DNA of 64,000 bases from Paramoeba atlantica (Eukaryota; Protista; Discosea), in contig CDRNVI010000193.1 in assembly GCA_977017575.1 (NCBI GenBank), positions 4,323 to 68,322 on the forward strand, in the 5' to 3' direction. Below the pieces are notes generated by a model. That model saw only the letters and a list, made by a program, of their open reading frames with translations, was not told the DNA's origin and searched no databases. Shown here in pieces: positions 1-10,236 of this stretch (position 1 is its first letter; the number at the start of each line of letters is the position of its first letter). A program made the position numbers and the translations under genes.

Positions 1-564
1 TGAACCTTGACGAATCCTGTTTGAATGTGATTTTGTATTTCCTGAGTGTTTCTTCTGTTGTGTTGTGCTTTTGTTGCTTCTCTCCCTCTTCCCCTTGGCC
101 ACACAGATTCTCTTGTTGTGTTCTTGCATTTTGTCTTCATTTGAACAATGCTGCTTGTTGTTCAAATGGCTCCAAATTGGGGGAGGTGTGTTATGATCCT
201 GTCGGTTCTTGGTTTTGTCCATTTGGAGCCATTCTCACATCCATCACTGCTGCTCTGTCTGCTCTCTCTCTTTCCCTCTCTTCTTTCTCTTTTCTCTTTG
301 TTTTCCTCCTTTTGTTTTCTCCTGTTCTTTTCCTTCTTTTCCTGCTTTTTGTTTGTTTTGCTCTTTGTTTTGATGATTCTTTGCTTTTCTCATAATGATT
401 CACACGATCCAATTTTCAATTTGAATCTGTTCTCCTTCTCTGATTCTCATTTTTCGGTTATTTTGCTGCTTTGATCTGGATGAATCACAAAATTTTTGAA
501 GTTTGTTTTGATTTGAATGTTTTTCAGTTTTCCCTTTGTTTTTGTTGATCCAAACCTTCGATTG
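1..564 (+). mobile_element. Internally deleted Ty1/copia relic: end of 5' LTR (1-105), 81-bp internal remnant, PPT, truncated 3' LTR from 187
   Basis: 1-105 ends ccccttggccacaca like the copia-2 LTR end (48714, minus), followed by gatt (start of the PBS). 110-186 matches the copia-2 3' UTR and PPT (36442-36520, minus). The LTR restarts with TGTGTTATGATCC at 187, as at 36441. Confidence 0.75.
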
Positions 565-1340
565 CTTTAACATAAGGAGAAGATTTACAACCAAGGCATG
601 AGGGGTGTTCATCTACAAAAATTCTAAGTTGTTGTTTGAGAACTGCAATTCAAACCTTCCCAGCTTTGATCATTCTGGGAATAGCTTTGATTCTCTTCTT
701 TTTAACACTAAACTTTATTAGGTGATGGTTTAACCCAAAGCCACTAATTTTTTTTAAGGTTAAAGATAACAAGGATAGAGTTTCACTTCTTTAAGTTCAA
801 ATGATCCAAAGATCTTTAATTCACTTAAACTCCTTCTCAGGGAATTTATTCTCTGCTTTTTAGCAGACAGGGCAGAGGATAATCTGTTCTGTTTTTCACA
901 TTCAAGTGAGCAGGAAGAGAAAATAATGTTTTAATATTTTCCTCTTTGGGATTTGAACCTGCAACCCTGAATTGAAGCAATAGCTGTTTTACCAACTAAA
1001 CCATCATGCCACAATTTATAGCTTTGATTTTCCATTTCTTGTCATCTCAAAAGCCATTCCATTCTATTGCAGCTGTATGAAGGAGTTCAAGTTCCAACAA
1101 AGAGAAAGAATGTATGGCTGAAATTTTTCTTAAAATCTTGGTCTTTGCAAGGTGTTTGATGATTGTCTGGAGTTTCTATAGTTCTTTGAAAAGGTAAGCT
1201 TCTTTCCTTTTGTCTTTCCACAGGGACTAATTCCCATATCTTTTCCTTGAGTTTACTAAGACAACTGACAGGATCTTTTCCATCTATATGATAGGATCAC
1301 CTTCCATATAGTTCCCAACTTCATTAATGAGGGCATTAAT
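565..1340 (-). mobile_element. LINE-B ORF2 fragment (region between APE and RT), interrupted by SINE-2
   Basis: Reverse complement aligns closely with 12780-13205 of the large LINE-B copy. Confidence 0.85.
693..1017 (-). mobile_element. SINE-2, tRNA-derived, full-length copy
   Basis: Minus-strand head GGCATGATGGTTTAGTTGGTAAAAC...GGTTCAAATCCC (A and B boxes). AATAAA and an A-rich tail. 12-bp TSD atagctttgatt at 681-692 and 1018-1029. Confidence 0.85.
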
Positions 1341-1661
1341 AAGTATTACCAATTCTGATTATCAGATTGTGATGAGATATTGGGCCAAATGGCTAATGGA
1401 AAGTGTCAGAGAGGTGATTTCCCCTGAACAAAATGCTATGTTTGCTGGAAGGTCCATTGATAAAGCAGTGGAATCAATACATGATTGGTTTATGGAAGCA
1501 ATGGCAGAGAGCAAAGACATAACCATCCTCCAAACTGATTTCTGTAAGACCTATAACTATGTTAACCATGAAGCCCTTATAGAATTGCTGATTGAGTTGA
1601 ATGCTCCCCCCCAAGCTCTTGAAGTTGTATTTAAAGTTCTGCAAGAGTCAGATACATGGCT
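1337..1661 (+). mobile_element. LINE-A RT fragment
   Basis: ORF 1327-1671 (ITNSDYQIVMRYWAKW...LQTDFCKTYNYVN) is nearly identical to 45969-46292. Confidence 0.9.
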
Positions 1662-1855
1662 TTTTTTTTAACACTGGGCTTTATTAGGTGATGGCTTAAC
1701 CCAAAGCCACTAATTTTTTAAGGTTAAAGATAATAAGGATAGAGTTTCACCTCTTTAGGTTCAAATGGTCCAAAGACCTTTAATTCACTTAAACTCCTTC
1801 TCAGGGAATTTATTTTCTGCTTTTTAGCAGACAGGGCAGAGGATAATTTGTTTGT
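1662..1855 (-). mobile_element. SINE-2, 3' half with poly(A)
   Basis: Near-identical to 700-890; T-run at 1661-1669; head is missing. Confidence 0.85.
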
Positions 1856-3539
1856 TTTTTTTTCACTAGACATCAGAAGATGTCATTAATTTATTAAAGT
1901 AAAAAACCATCATATAGATGGAAAAGATAGTTTAGATCTTACCAATTGGTAACATAGATATGGTTGATTATATTTAAATTAGTTAATTCTTAGAATAGTT
2001 AGTTAATCTTCATCATCACTTGGAGGAGGTCTACCTTTTTTAAAGATTACATATCTTTTTTTCTTTTTTTTCCTTTTCTTTCTATTCTTTTCCCAACATA
2101 CTTTCACATAACTTGTCACTTGGGATTGAAGTAGAATAGAAATCATAGAGGTCTTTAGAAAGGGCTACTGGTGTTATCAAGGTTTCATCAGGAGAGAGAG
2201 GTTTGGGGAAGTATACCACTTGAGTTGTAATTACTAAACCTTGGAATTTCCTCAAGAGTGTGGAAGAGGGGATGAGATAACTCCAATTTCACTCAAGGGG
2301 GTTGTTCAGTTTAGTCCATAAGAGAGAATTATCAACAATCCATTCTTCTTCAGTTTTTCCAACTTGTTTAATACAAGGGTTCCATTTGAAATCATTAACA
2401 GCAACTATTCCATCCATAACTAACCAACTAGCAGCAGTAGCAATAGCATCAGCATGTTTGTTAAGTTCACAAAAGACATGGATAAATTCAACATCTTCAA
2501 ATTTAGCAGCAGTTGCTTTAATCTCAATCAACAGGAGGTTAAGTTCATGGTTACTAATATTGTGACTCTTAGGAGCTGCCTTGGTTAGTATCATACAATC
2601 ATCAACAATTTGGATGTGAGAACCCAAACCTCTTGCACTCTTTAATCCCAAGAGACAGCCTTTGAATTCACCAACATTATTTGTACCAAAGGGAATAGTT
2701 TCAGCACCAACCAGGATTTCCTTTCCATCTCTGAAAATAGCATAGCCAGCACCACCAAGGTGAGAATCAGTATGGCCTGAACCATTGTAGAAAACTTGTA
2801 AGCCTTTAAACTTGAACTTTTTGATTTCTCTCTTTTTCTTTGCAGAGGTTGGGTCTTTATGAAGAGGTTTGGGAAGGAGTTTGTTCTTTTTTAAGATTTT
2901 GTGAAAGATATCAATAGCATACTCAGCAGATTGGGATCCTTCAGCATACACAGTTATCCACAGTGCAAGTAAGGCAGCACTCACTATTGAGGTGAAGAGG
3001 TTTGAGCAATATTGAGCAATAAGTCCACACACAAAGGAAGAGGATTCCCAAGATGGAAGTTTCAACTTTATGCAGCTTTGTCCCATCTTTTCAAGGTAGC
3101 TTTTAGCACAAATACAAGTTTTGAGGAGGTGGGTTTGAGATTCTTTTTCTTTCTTACATAATCAATAGATAGGAGGTTCCAAAGTAAAATAGGAAATCTT
3201 ATCCATTGTAAGGAGACCACAAATTAAGAATTTGGTAAGATTTTGTTGGAGCTGAAGTTTAAGAGTATGAGCTAAGTTGTAGACAATACATTTGATCTTT
3301 CCACCCTCTTGGTAGATATTTTCAAGCACAATAGGTATTTGATGAGAAAGGAAACTATAGTTTGTTTTGGTTGGGCCTCCCAGAGTCACTTCTTTAGAGA
3401 TTTTTGAAGCAGCAGAGTAAGCATCAAGTCTCATAGCTCCAATGGCCAAGGGATTCTTGTATTCACAACTTAGAGGTTTATGAGAAATAAGAAGAGCCCA
3501 ATTGAAGAGAATGAAGTGACAAACTTGACATTTACTACC
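1856..3539 (-). mobile_element. LINE-C 3' half: zinc-finger region, RNase H, C-terminal extension, 3' UTR, poly(A)
   Basis: ORFs 3162-3569 and 2289-3086 are homologous to the LINE-A ORF2 C-terminus (FYNGSG...TNNVGEFKG...IVDDC...HVFCELNKHADAIA). Tail has AATAAA, a hairpin at 1869-1884 and a T-run at 1856-1863. Confidence 0.9.
2289..3086 (-). pseudogene. LINE-C ORF2 segment with RNase H (RVT_3/RNase HI-like)
   Basis: Motif pattern matches RNase H of plant-L1-type elements; the catalytic DG is read as NG. Confidence 0.8.
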
Positions 3540-6213
3540 AAAAAAAAAAAAAAAACCCTTAGGAAACATTTGAGGATTCTTTTTTGCTGATATCTTCCCT
3601 TTCTCAAGTTAGCTGTGGTAGAAGACCACCCCACAGGGAGCTGAGCATATCTGCTGATAGCTTTCAACTTACTCTATCCAATTATGTTTTCCAGAAGCTC
3701 AGACTTGTCTTTCAACAGAGTTGCTGGAGGAAATGCTAATTCAGCACTACTATTTTTGAAAAAAGCAGTCCCAGGTATGAACCAAATGATTGCTAAGCTT
3801 TGGGAGATGATTGATATTAAGAATGCCTCCCTTTCTACTTGCCTTGCTACCAAACTCAACCTGTCTCTCATCAAAGGAGCCAGAGTACACCCCCTTTTCC
3901 CAGTAGGAGCCTTTGCCTTCCCCAATGAGATTCCTACCTTCTCCAACTTCTTGAGAGCTATTGAAAGCCAAACCAACCTCAAGAGAAGCATTAGAGTGGA
4001 GGCAAGGGCCAAACACTATGCCATCCTTGCCCACAAGGAGGAAGATATCCTCACAATCCAATTTACTATTGAAAAGAAAGGAAATCTGATTGCCAACCAA
4101 CTTGAGAGTTCTTGTATCTGGAGAATCAATCATGATGCCCATTTGTGGGGGATCAAGATTAGACTCCCCTTCCAAGTCTCAGAGAATGAGTGGATTTACA
4201 ATTTATTCAACAGAGAGAACTATCTTCCCTCTTTCAATCTTAAAGAAGTGGTACGAGTCTCAGATGACTGCATCATCATCTTCTACAAGTCCATCCCCCT
4301 CTCTCTAGTCCACCTTATTGCCAAGACCAAAGGATTCATCTGAATCAATGCCTTGATTAAAGCCAAGTGTTCCATTTGGACACCAACCTGACCATATTAC
4401 CTCCTTGTTGAGTGCCCCCTCTGCAGGGTGAACCATTCTGCAAGCCTTACTTGCACTGCAAAGATCATCTGGAAACAAAAAGAAGATGCCATCAGCAAGC
4501 TTTTTGAAGAAGAGCAACAAAGTCCTAGTTTTGAGGAAAAGAAATACCAGAAGATAGAGCAGAAAATGGCAAATAAAAGAAAAAAAAAGGAAAAAAGAAT
4601 AATCAAGATATCAGAAAGTATGGACTTGTTCACCCCCCTCCCCAGAGATCTGATGCCCAACTTCAACCCTTTCCTTTGATGCTTGTCAACAAGTCCCAAC
4701 TAATTTCTCATCTCCCCACTCCCCCCACCCCCCTCAACTCCCCTTTCCCCCAAGAGAGACTTTGTAATTCTCAAATCCCCTCTCTGGAATCCAACCCCCA
4801 AGTTACTCCAAATTTGTTGTTTTTCTTGGTTCCCCAACTTGAGAATTCTTTTCTGGAATATAAATGGGCTGCAAAATGAAGAGAAACTTGAGATCTGTAA
4901 GAGGATGGCAGCTAGCTCCCAGCCCCTATTCATCTTCCTCCAGGAAACCCATGCAACATCTGAAAATGATCTTGATCATCTTAAGAACCACTTGAGGAAG
5001 TACATTTGGTTTTGTAACTCCTTCTCTGAGAGGAAATGTGGCCTTGTGATTGGAATTAGATATGTGGAAGGGATCCCTCTCTTCTTTTTTGGGGCCATTT
5101 GTTTGTGAATGCAATTCCATCTGGATTCAAAGATCATGCTGTAATGATTGGAGGAGCCAGTGTAAAAGAGTGGGAGAGCAACTCTCAGAAGAAGAGGATT
5201 CCTGAATATCTAATTAATGATCCCAAATTTATCTCTACTCTCTCTGAAGCTGTTGGAAACTACTCTGTGGGTGACCTTGTGACCTGTCTTGATAAAATGA
5301 AATCTGAAGCCTGGAGATTGACTGCTCTGTGGAAGGACAAGCATAAGAAAACTCATCTCTTCAAGAAACTTTGGAAATTGCAGACTTTAGTTAAGAAGCT
5401 GAGAACAACTCAAATCCTTAGGAAGGATAGCCCAGCTCACCCCTTCACCTCCTTGGAAGCTGAACTGAGAGAAGCAGCAGCTGAGAATTGGGATAACCCT
5501 TTGAAAGGGCAGAAATGGAGATTAAAGATTATTCCTCAGATGATTAAAGTTGGTCTCTCTTGAATATCAAGTCTTGAACAACAACTTAGAGTCTTCCTTG
5601 ACAACCATCCAGCTTGTCCCAACAAGAAGTCCTCCCCCAAGGTGAGAGGAGTGATTGTTGATGGCATTTTGTCTTATGACTCATCTATTGTGAAAGAAGC
5701 TATCAAGGGTTTTTGGGGTGATTTCTTGGGAACTGAACACCCTTATGACCTTAAAGCCCTGGATGAACTCCTTAACAACCACCCCTTCTGCTTTCCAGAC
5801 TCTGAAAATCATACAGTAGACCTTCTGAAAGTTGAGAAGCTGCTCCTTCAAGCCAACCATACCAGTGCAGGCCCTGATGGAATTTCCTTCTCTCTCTATT
5901 GGAAAACTTATAAGAAATATCAAAAGATGTGGATCAAATTGATTCAACAAGCAGGAGAGAGTATGAAATTCCTTGATTCCTTTGGAGAGAGCCAATTGTG
6001 TTTGATTCCCAAGGTTGAGAATGTTCCTTGCCCTGACCAGTTCAGACCTATAAGTGTAACAAACTTTGATTATCAAATTGTAATGTGATATTGGGTTCTT
6101 TGGTTTTCTGAAATTGCAAGTGGAGTAATCTCTGATACTCAATATGCAATGTTTAAGGGGAGATCAATTGATGCAGCTGTGGAAACAATTTATGATGCCT
6201 TCTATGAGGCTCA
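3540..6213 (+). mobile_element. LINE-D 5' half: 5' poly(A), 5' UTR, ORF1, APE (internally deleted), start of RT
   Basis: A16 at 3540-3555 and ATG at 3684. ORF1 is homologous to LINE-A ORF1 (WRINHDAHLWGIKIRLPF vs WRNNKDTKLWGLKIRVPF). RILFWNING...LQETH at 4839; GFKDH at ~5125; SAGPDGI and FRPISV at 5860-6060. Confidence 0.85.
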
Positions 6214-6998
6214 AGACTACTAAGCCTCATAAGGAATCACCCTCCCAAACTCTGGCCACATTATCTTGCTTGGGCAGTACATCAGAAACCCCAACAATCC
6301 CTCAAAAAGATATGATGGATTTCCTTGAAGACATTGTTGCTGAAACTGATGCTGAGAGGGGGGTTATTTTAATTGAGGATGAGGATGAAATTTCCCCAGT
6401 TGTGAACAGACCTCAATTCTCATCTGATCCAATTTCTGGGAGCAAATGGTTGATGACTATTCACAACACTGAAGGGGCTTGGAAAATATTAGATGGGGTG
6501 AATTTTCAGTGTAAGTGGGAGAGGACTGAAGATAGCCTTGGGAAGTTGAAGAGTGAGTTGGAAAAAGGACAGCTTAAATGGGAATTGAGTTTTGATGCAG
6601 ACTTCCTTGGCCACATTATTGATAGGGTGGTTGAGGAACTGAAATTAAAGCTGAAATCCAGACTGAGGAAGAGGGTAATGTCAAAAGAGACAGTTGAGGA
6701 GAAAGAATCAACTTCTACTAGGACCAAACCATTACTTGTAACCAAGAAGCCAGCAAAGAAGAAGAAAAAGAAAAGTAGGGAAGAGAAGAAAGGGAAAGAG
6801 GAGATAAAAGAAGAGAAAGATGAAGAGGAAAAAACAAAGGAAAATGACTGTGATAAGAGTGTCCCCACTGGTGTCCCTGGGAAGGAAAAAGTGATTTATC
6901 CTTTTTCAGAGATCCCTACCTCAAATGGTTTTACGGTTTTTGGAGATTTGCATCAAATAGAATGGGGTGAAACAGTGTTGACAATGGATAGTGCTTGA
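6214..6998 (+). pseudogene. LINE-B ORF1 C-terminal part
   Basis: HNTEGAWKILDGVNFQCKWERTEDSLGKLKSELEKGQL aligns with LINE-A ORF1 DNRREAKSMLKKLNLNIKWASATEDFRRVYEGLENGSI; lies directly upstream of the APE ORF at 7058. Confidence 0.65.
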
Positions 6999-7879
6999 TT
7001 CCCTGAGTCAAGCAATGTTTCATCTTCCTCTTCTTCCCCCCTCTCATAAAGGAAAGAATGAAAAGAAAGAAAAACAATAATAATTTAAAATCTTTCTTTC
7101 CACCACTGAAGGACCCTTGTGCTTCCTCTGACTCTTTCATTATTGATCTTTGTCAAAAAACAAACCTTGCCTCCCCAACTCCTCAAGCACCTGTCTTGGT
7201 GTCCCAACCCTCTTCATCTTCTTTCCTTCCTCCCTTCCCTGCACCACCACTTCCAAACCTGTATCAGTATAACAAATTCCCAGACATAAGGATTTTATCA
7301 TGGAACATCAATGGTGTTCATAATGATAAAAAACTCAACCTTTGCTGTAGAATGGCTGCAAGTTGCTGTTCTCTGTTTATTTTGCTTCAAGAAACCCATG
7401 CTGCATCTGAAAAAGATCTTGATTATCTCAAGAATTATTTAAGGAAATATTTGTGGTTCAAAGACCTCTTCTCAAAACAGAAGCGGGGCCTTGCCATTGG
7501 AGTTAGAAGAATGGAAGGCCTTCATGATATAGAACCATACCCAATTGAAAGCTCTAAGAGTGGTTTGTTTGGATTGAGAACCAAGATTTTCAATACTGAA
7601 TATGCTGTAATGAATGTTTACTGTCATTACAATCTGAAACTTCCCTTTATGCAAGACCAAATCAGAAAGTTCTTCTCCAAAGATGGACTGAATGTTCTGG
7701 GAGGTGACTTCAACTGGGATTTTAATGAATCCCCTTTTAAAGAGCTTGCAGAATCCTCTGAATTTTGGAATTTATCAAAACTGGGGTGGTCAGAACCAAC
7801 CCATTTCCAAGGACAATGTATTGATTATGTCTTTATTTCCTTGAACACTTCTAGCAAAAGGATTTTTGTTAATGTGATC

Positions 7880-8186
7880 TGTTGGGTTGTCATAGTTGGT
7901 TTTGTTGACTTTGTCATTTTGTTGGTGAGCAGAAACACTGAACTGTTTTGTGTGTGTTTTCTGATTGTGAATAATTGTAAATTATTTGTTGCCCTTTTTT
8001 GTACAAAAGAGGTTTTGTTCTTTGGACCCATTTGTGGGTGAAAGAGCATAAACTTTCTTTTGTTCTTTTTGGCTTTTGGAACGCATTTGATAAAAGACAT
8101 TGAACCAAGCTTGTTCTTTCTTTGTTCTTTGTTCTTGTTCTCTGTTCTTGTCTCTATCTCCATACTATTCTGTAGAGGACTCAACT
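7880..8186 (+). repeat. Gypsy-1 5' LTR
   Basis: Direct repeat of 12362-12668 with about 6 differences. Confidence 0.95.
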
Positions 8187-8269
8187 TTTTTTTGGTCTTT
8201 TCCTCATGTGTGTTGAGTTTAATCAGTTGTAAATCCCTTTTTTTTTGGAAAACTTTTTTTCTATGGAGT

Positions 8270-10206
8270 CAGCAAAGGAGGAGGCCCATGAGACGCCCCT
8301 TAGTTTGGAACAAGAGGATCAAGATGCGGAAAGTGAAATTGAATAGATGTTGTCATCTGAGTTGTCATTATCAGTCTTGTCAGGGTCACTGGAGTCTGAA
8401 GTTGTCCAGCATTATGACAAACTGAGGAAACTTGAACTCACATTAATGGATCAGGTGATGAATCTCAATCTAGATGAGAGTGAGTTTCATGAAGAGGCTA
8501 TTGTGAGTTTGCAGAAGCGAATTTCTACAATCCAAGTTACGTTGAAGCTCTTGAAACAAACGTTGGCTCATGAGACAAAATTCGAGACATCAGAACCTGA
8601 GTACTCAGACATAAGAAGTTGAGTAGGACCTTCAGGTGTTCCAGGGAATTTGAGAATTCCTGGAAGAAGAATGACAAAGTTGGAAGAGAAGGAAGCCACT
8701 TCTTTAACTGAGTTGGAATCAGATTATCATGTGATGAAGAGGGAGCAGTCTGCATTAGATTGTTCTTCCTTGAGTGGGAGTGATTCAAGGAGGCGAGCCA
8801 GAATACCAAGGGGAGTAGCTAATCCTTCAGTTGGTTTGTTTGAATCATCCACGGGCTCGGGAGATTGGTTAAAGAAACTTGACAATCTACCAAAATTAAA
8901 AACCCCAACAAAGGATGTCGTGAAAGTCCTTGAGTTTCAGTTTTCATTTAAGATTTTGATGAAGGCTGAAGGTTTGCAAGAGGGGGTGCAGAAGAAGTAT
9001 CTCTTGCGGGCAGTATCTGGAACAATGAAGTCTGATTTTGTACAGTCAAATACTTTGGATTGGACGATGAACCAGATGTTTAAGTTTTTAAAAAAATCGA
9101 ATTTGGGAGCCAACTTCAGTCAGAAGGTGGAGGGACTCTTGGGTTCAGTGGTTCAGGAGGAGTCAGAATGTATAAAGAAATTTGCAAAGTGACTCTCCTG
9201 GTTTCTGTTGGAGCTTCAGTTGGATTTGAATTTGAAAGAAGCAAAATTAAAACTCTGAGAGAATTCTCACACAGAATATGAATTACTTTGGGTGAGGAAT
9301 TTTGGTCAAGTGTTTGAGTGTGACCAGGAGGTTCATTGGAGAGTTTTAGTGGACCATGCCTTTGAGGTCAAAGACACAGACCAGTTTGTTTTGTTGAAGG
9401 AGGATGCAAAGGTGCTAAAGAAAAAGGCAACTTGTGTGTTTTGTAAGAAAACTGGCCATTCAGAAAGTCAGTGTTACAAGAAGAAACTGCTACCTTCATC
9501 GACATCTTCAAATGAGAATGGGAATGAGAGTGCGAAGGAGAAAAAAATTTCTTGGAAAGAGATCAAAGGAAAAAATTTGTGTATCAAATGTTTGCAACTT
9601 GGTCACAAGAAGAAAGACTGTCCTGAATGCTTGACTCCCAAAGATGGTTGTTTTCTGCTACTGGAGAAAGGAGCCAGTGCTGATGCCAGTGCTTCATCTT
9701 TAATGGAAGAAGACAAGATGTATAAACAATTTTTGAGAGATGTTAATTCACCTCTCAGTGTGAGTGAGGAGAATGCTCTTGGCCCAATTTCACCACCTCC
9801 AGATTCGATGAAATTGTATGTTCCAATTCTGTGGGGTGATTCGAAATCGCTGGATATTTGGACTATCCATGATTCAGCAGTTACAGTGACGATGGCTGAT
9901 TTGAGATTATGGGATCAGTTGGAAGGTGAAGAAGGTCAAGGGAAGCATTGGTCTGGTGGCATTGGTGCTGCAGTACAGACACTTACTCGTTTTAAGATGG
10001 TTGCTGCATATACTTTGTTTTATGCAACTGTAGTTAAGGTTTGGAGAAATCCAGCTTTGACTGGTAATCATTTGTTGATTCATCATGAAGATGCAAAGTG
10101 GTTGGGGGTGACTGTTCAAGGAATTGAAGTGGTCTTCCCAAGTATTGCTCGTCAAGTCCAAATTGATGATCGGCAGTGGTTGGATGATGATGAGGATCAG
10201 AGTTAA
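8270..10206 (+). pseudogene. gag: Gypsy-1 gag and protease (stop-interrupted)
   Basis: CVFCKKTGHSESQC and CIKCLQLGHKKKDC knuckles; degenerate protease motif IHDSAV. Confidence 0.75.
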
Positions 10207-10236
10207 AAGGAGCAATGGGATGATGAGTCAGTCAAG

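Noticed and set aside
21-474. Short Phe/Leu- or Lys/Arg-rich ORFs over LTRs and purine tracts (also 36265-36504, 48662-49139, 50385-50895)
   Set aside because: Low-complexity translations of non-coding repeats.
940-1017. Genuine tRNA genes in the SINE heads (also 34360-34427)
   Set aside because: No complete acceptor or anticodon stem; each is attached to a SINE body with poly(A) and a TSD.
8193-8210. Firm tRNA identities for the gypsy PBSs (8193, 16419, 51815)
   Set aside because: The TGG starts are clear, but host tRNA sequences are unavailable and C>T decay blurs the match; Trp-like for gypsy-2 and a U73 tRNA for gypsy-3 are guesses only.
7880-8425. Hydrophobic, env-like or membrane ORFs (end of 7058-8041, 8060-8425, start of 12542-13603)
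   Set aside because: These are readthrough into the T-rich gypsy-1 LTR.
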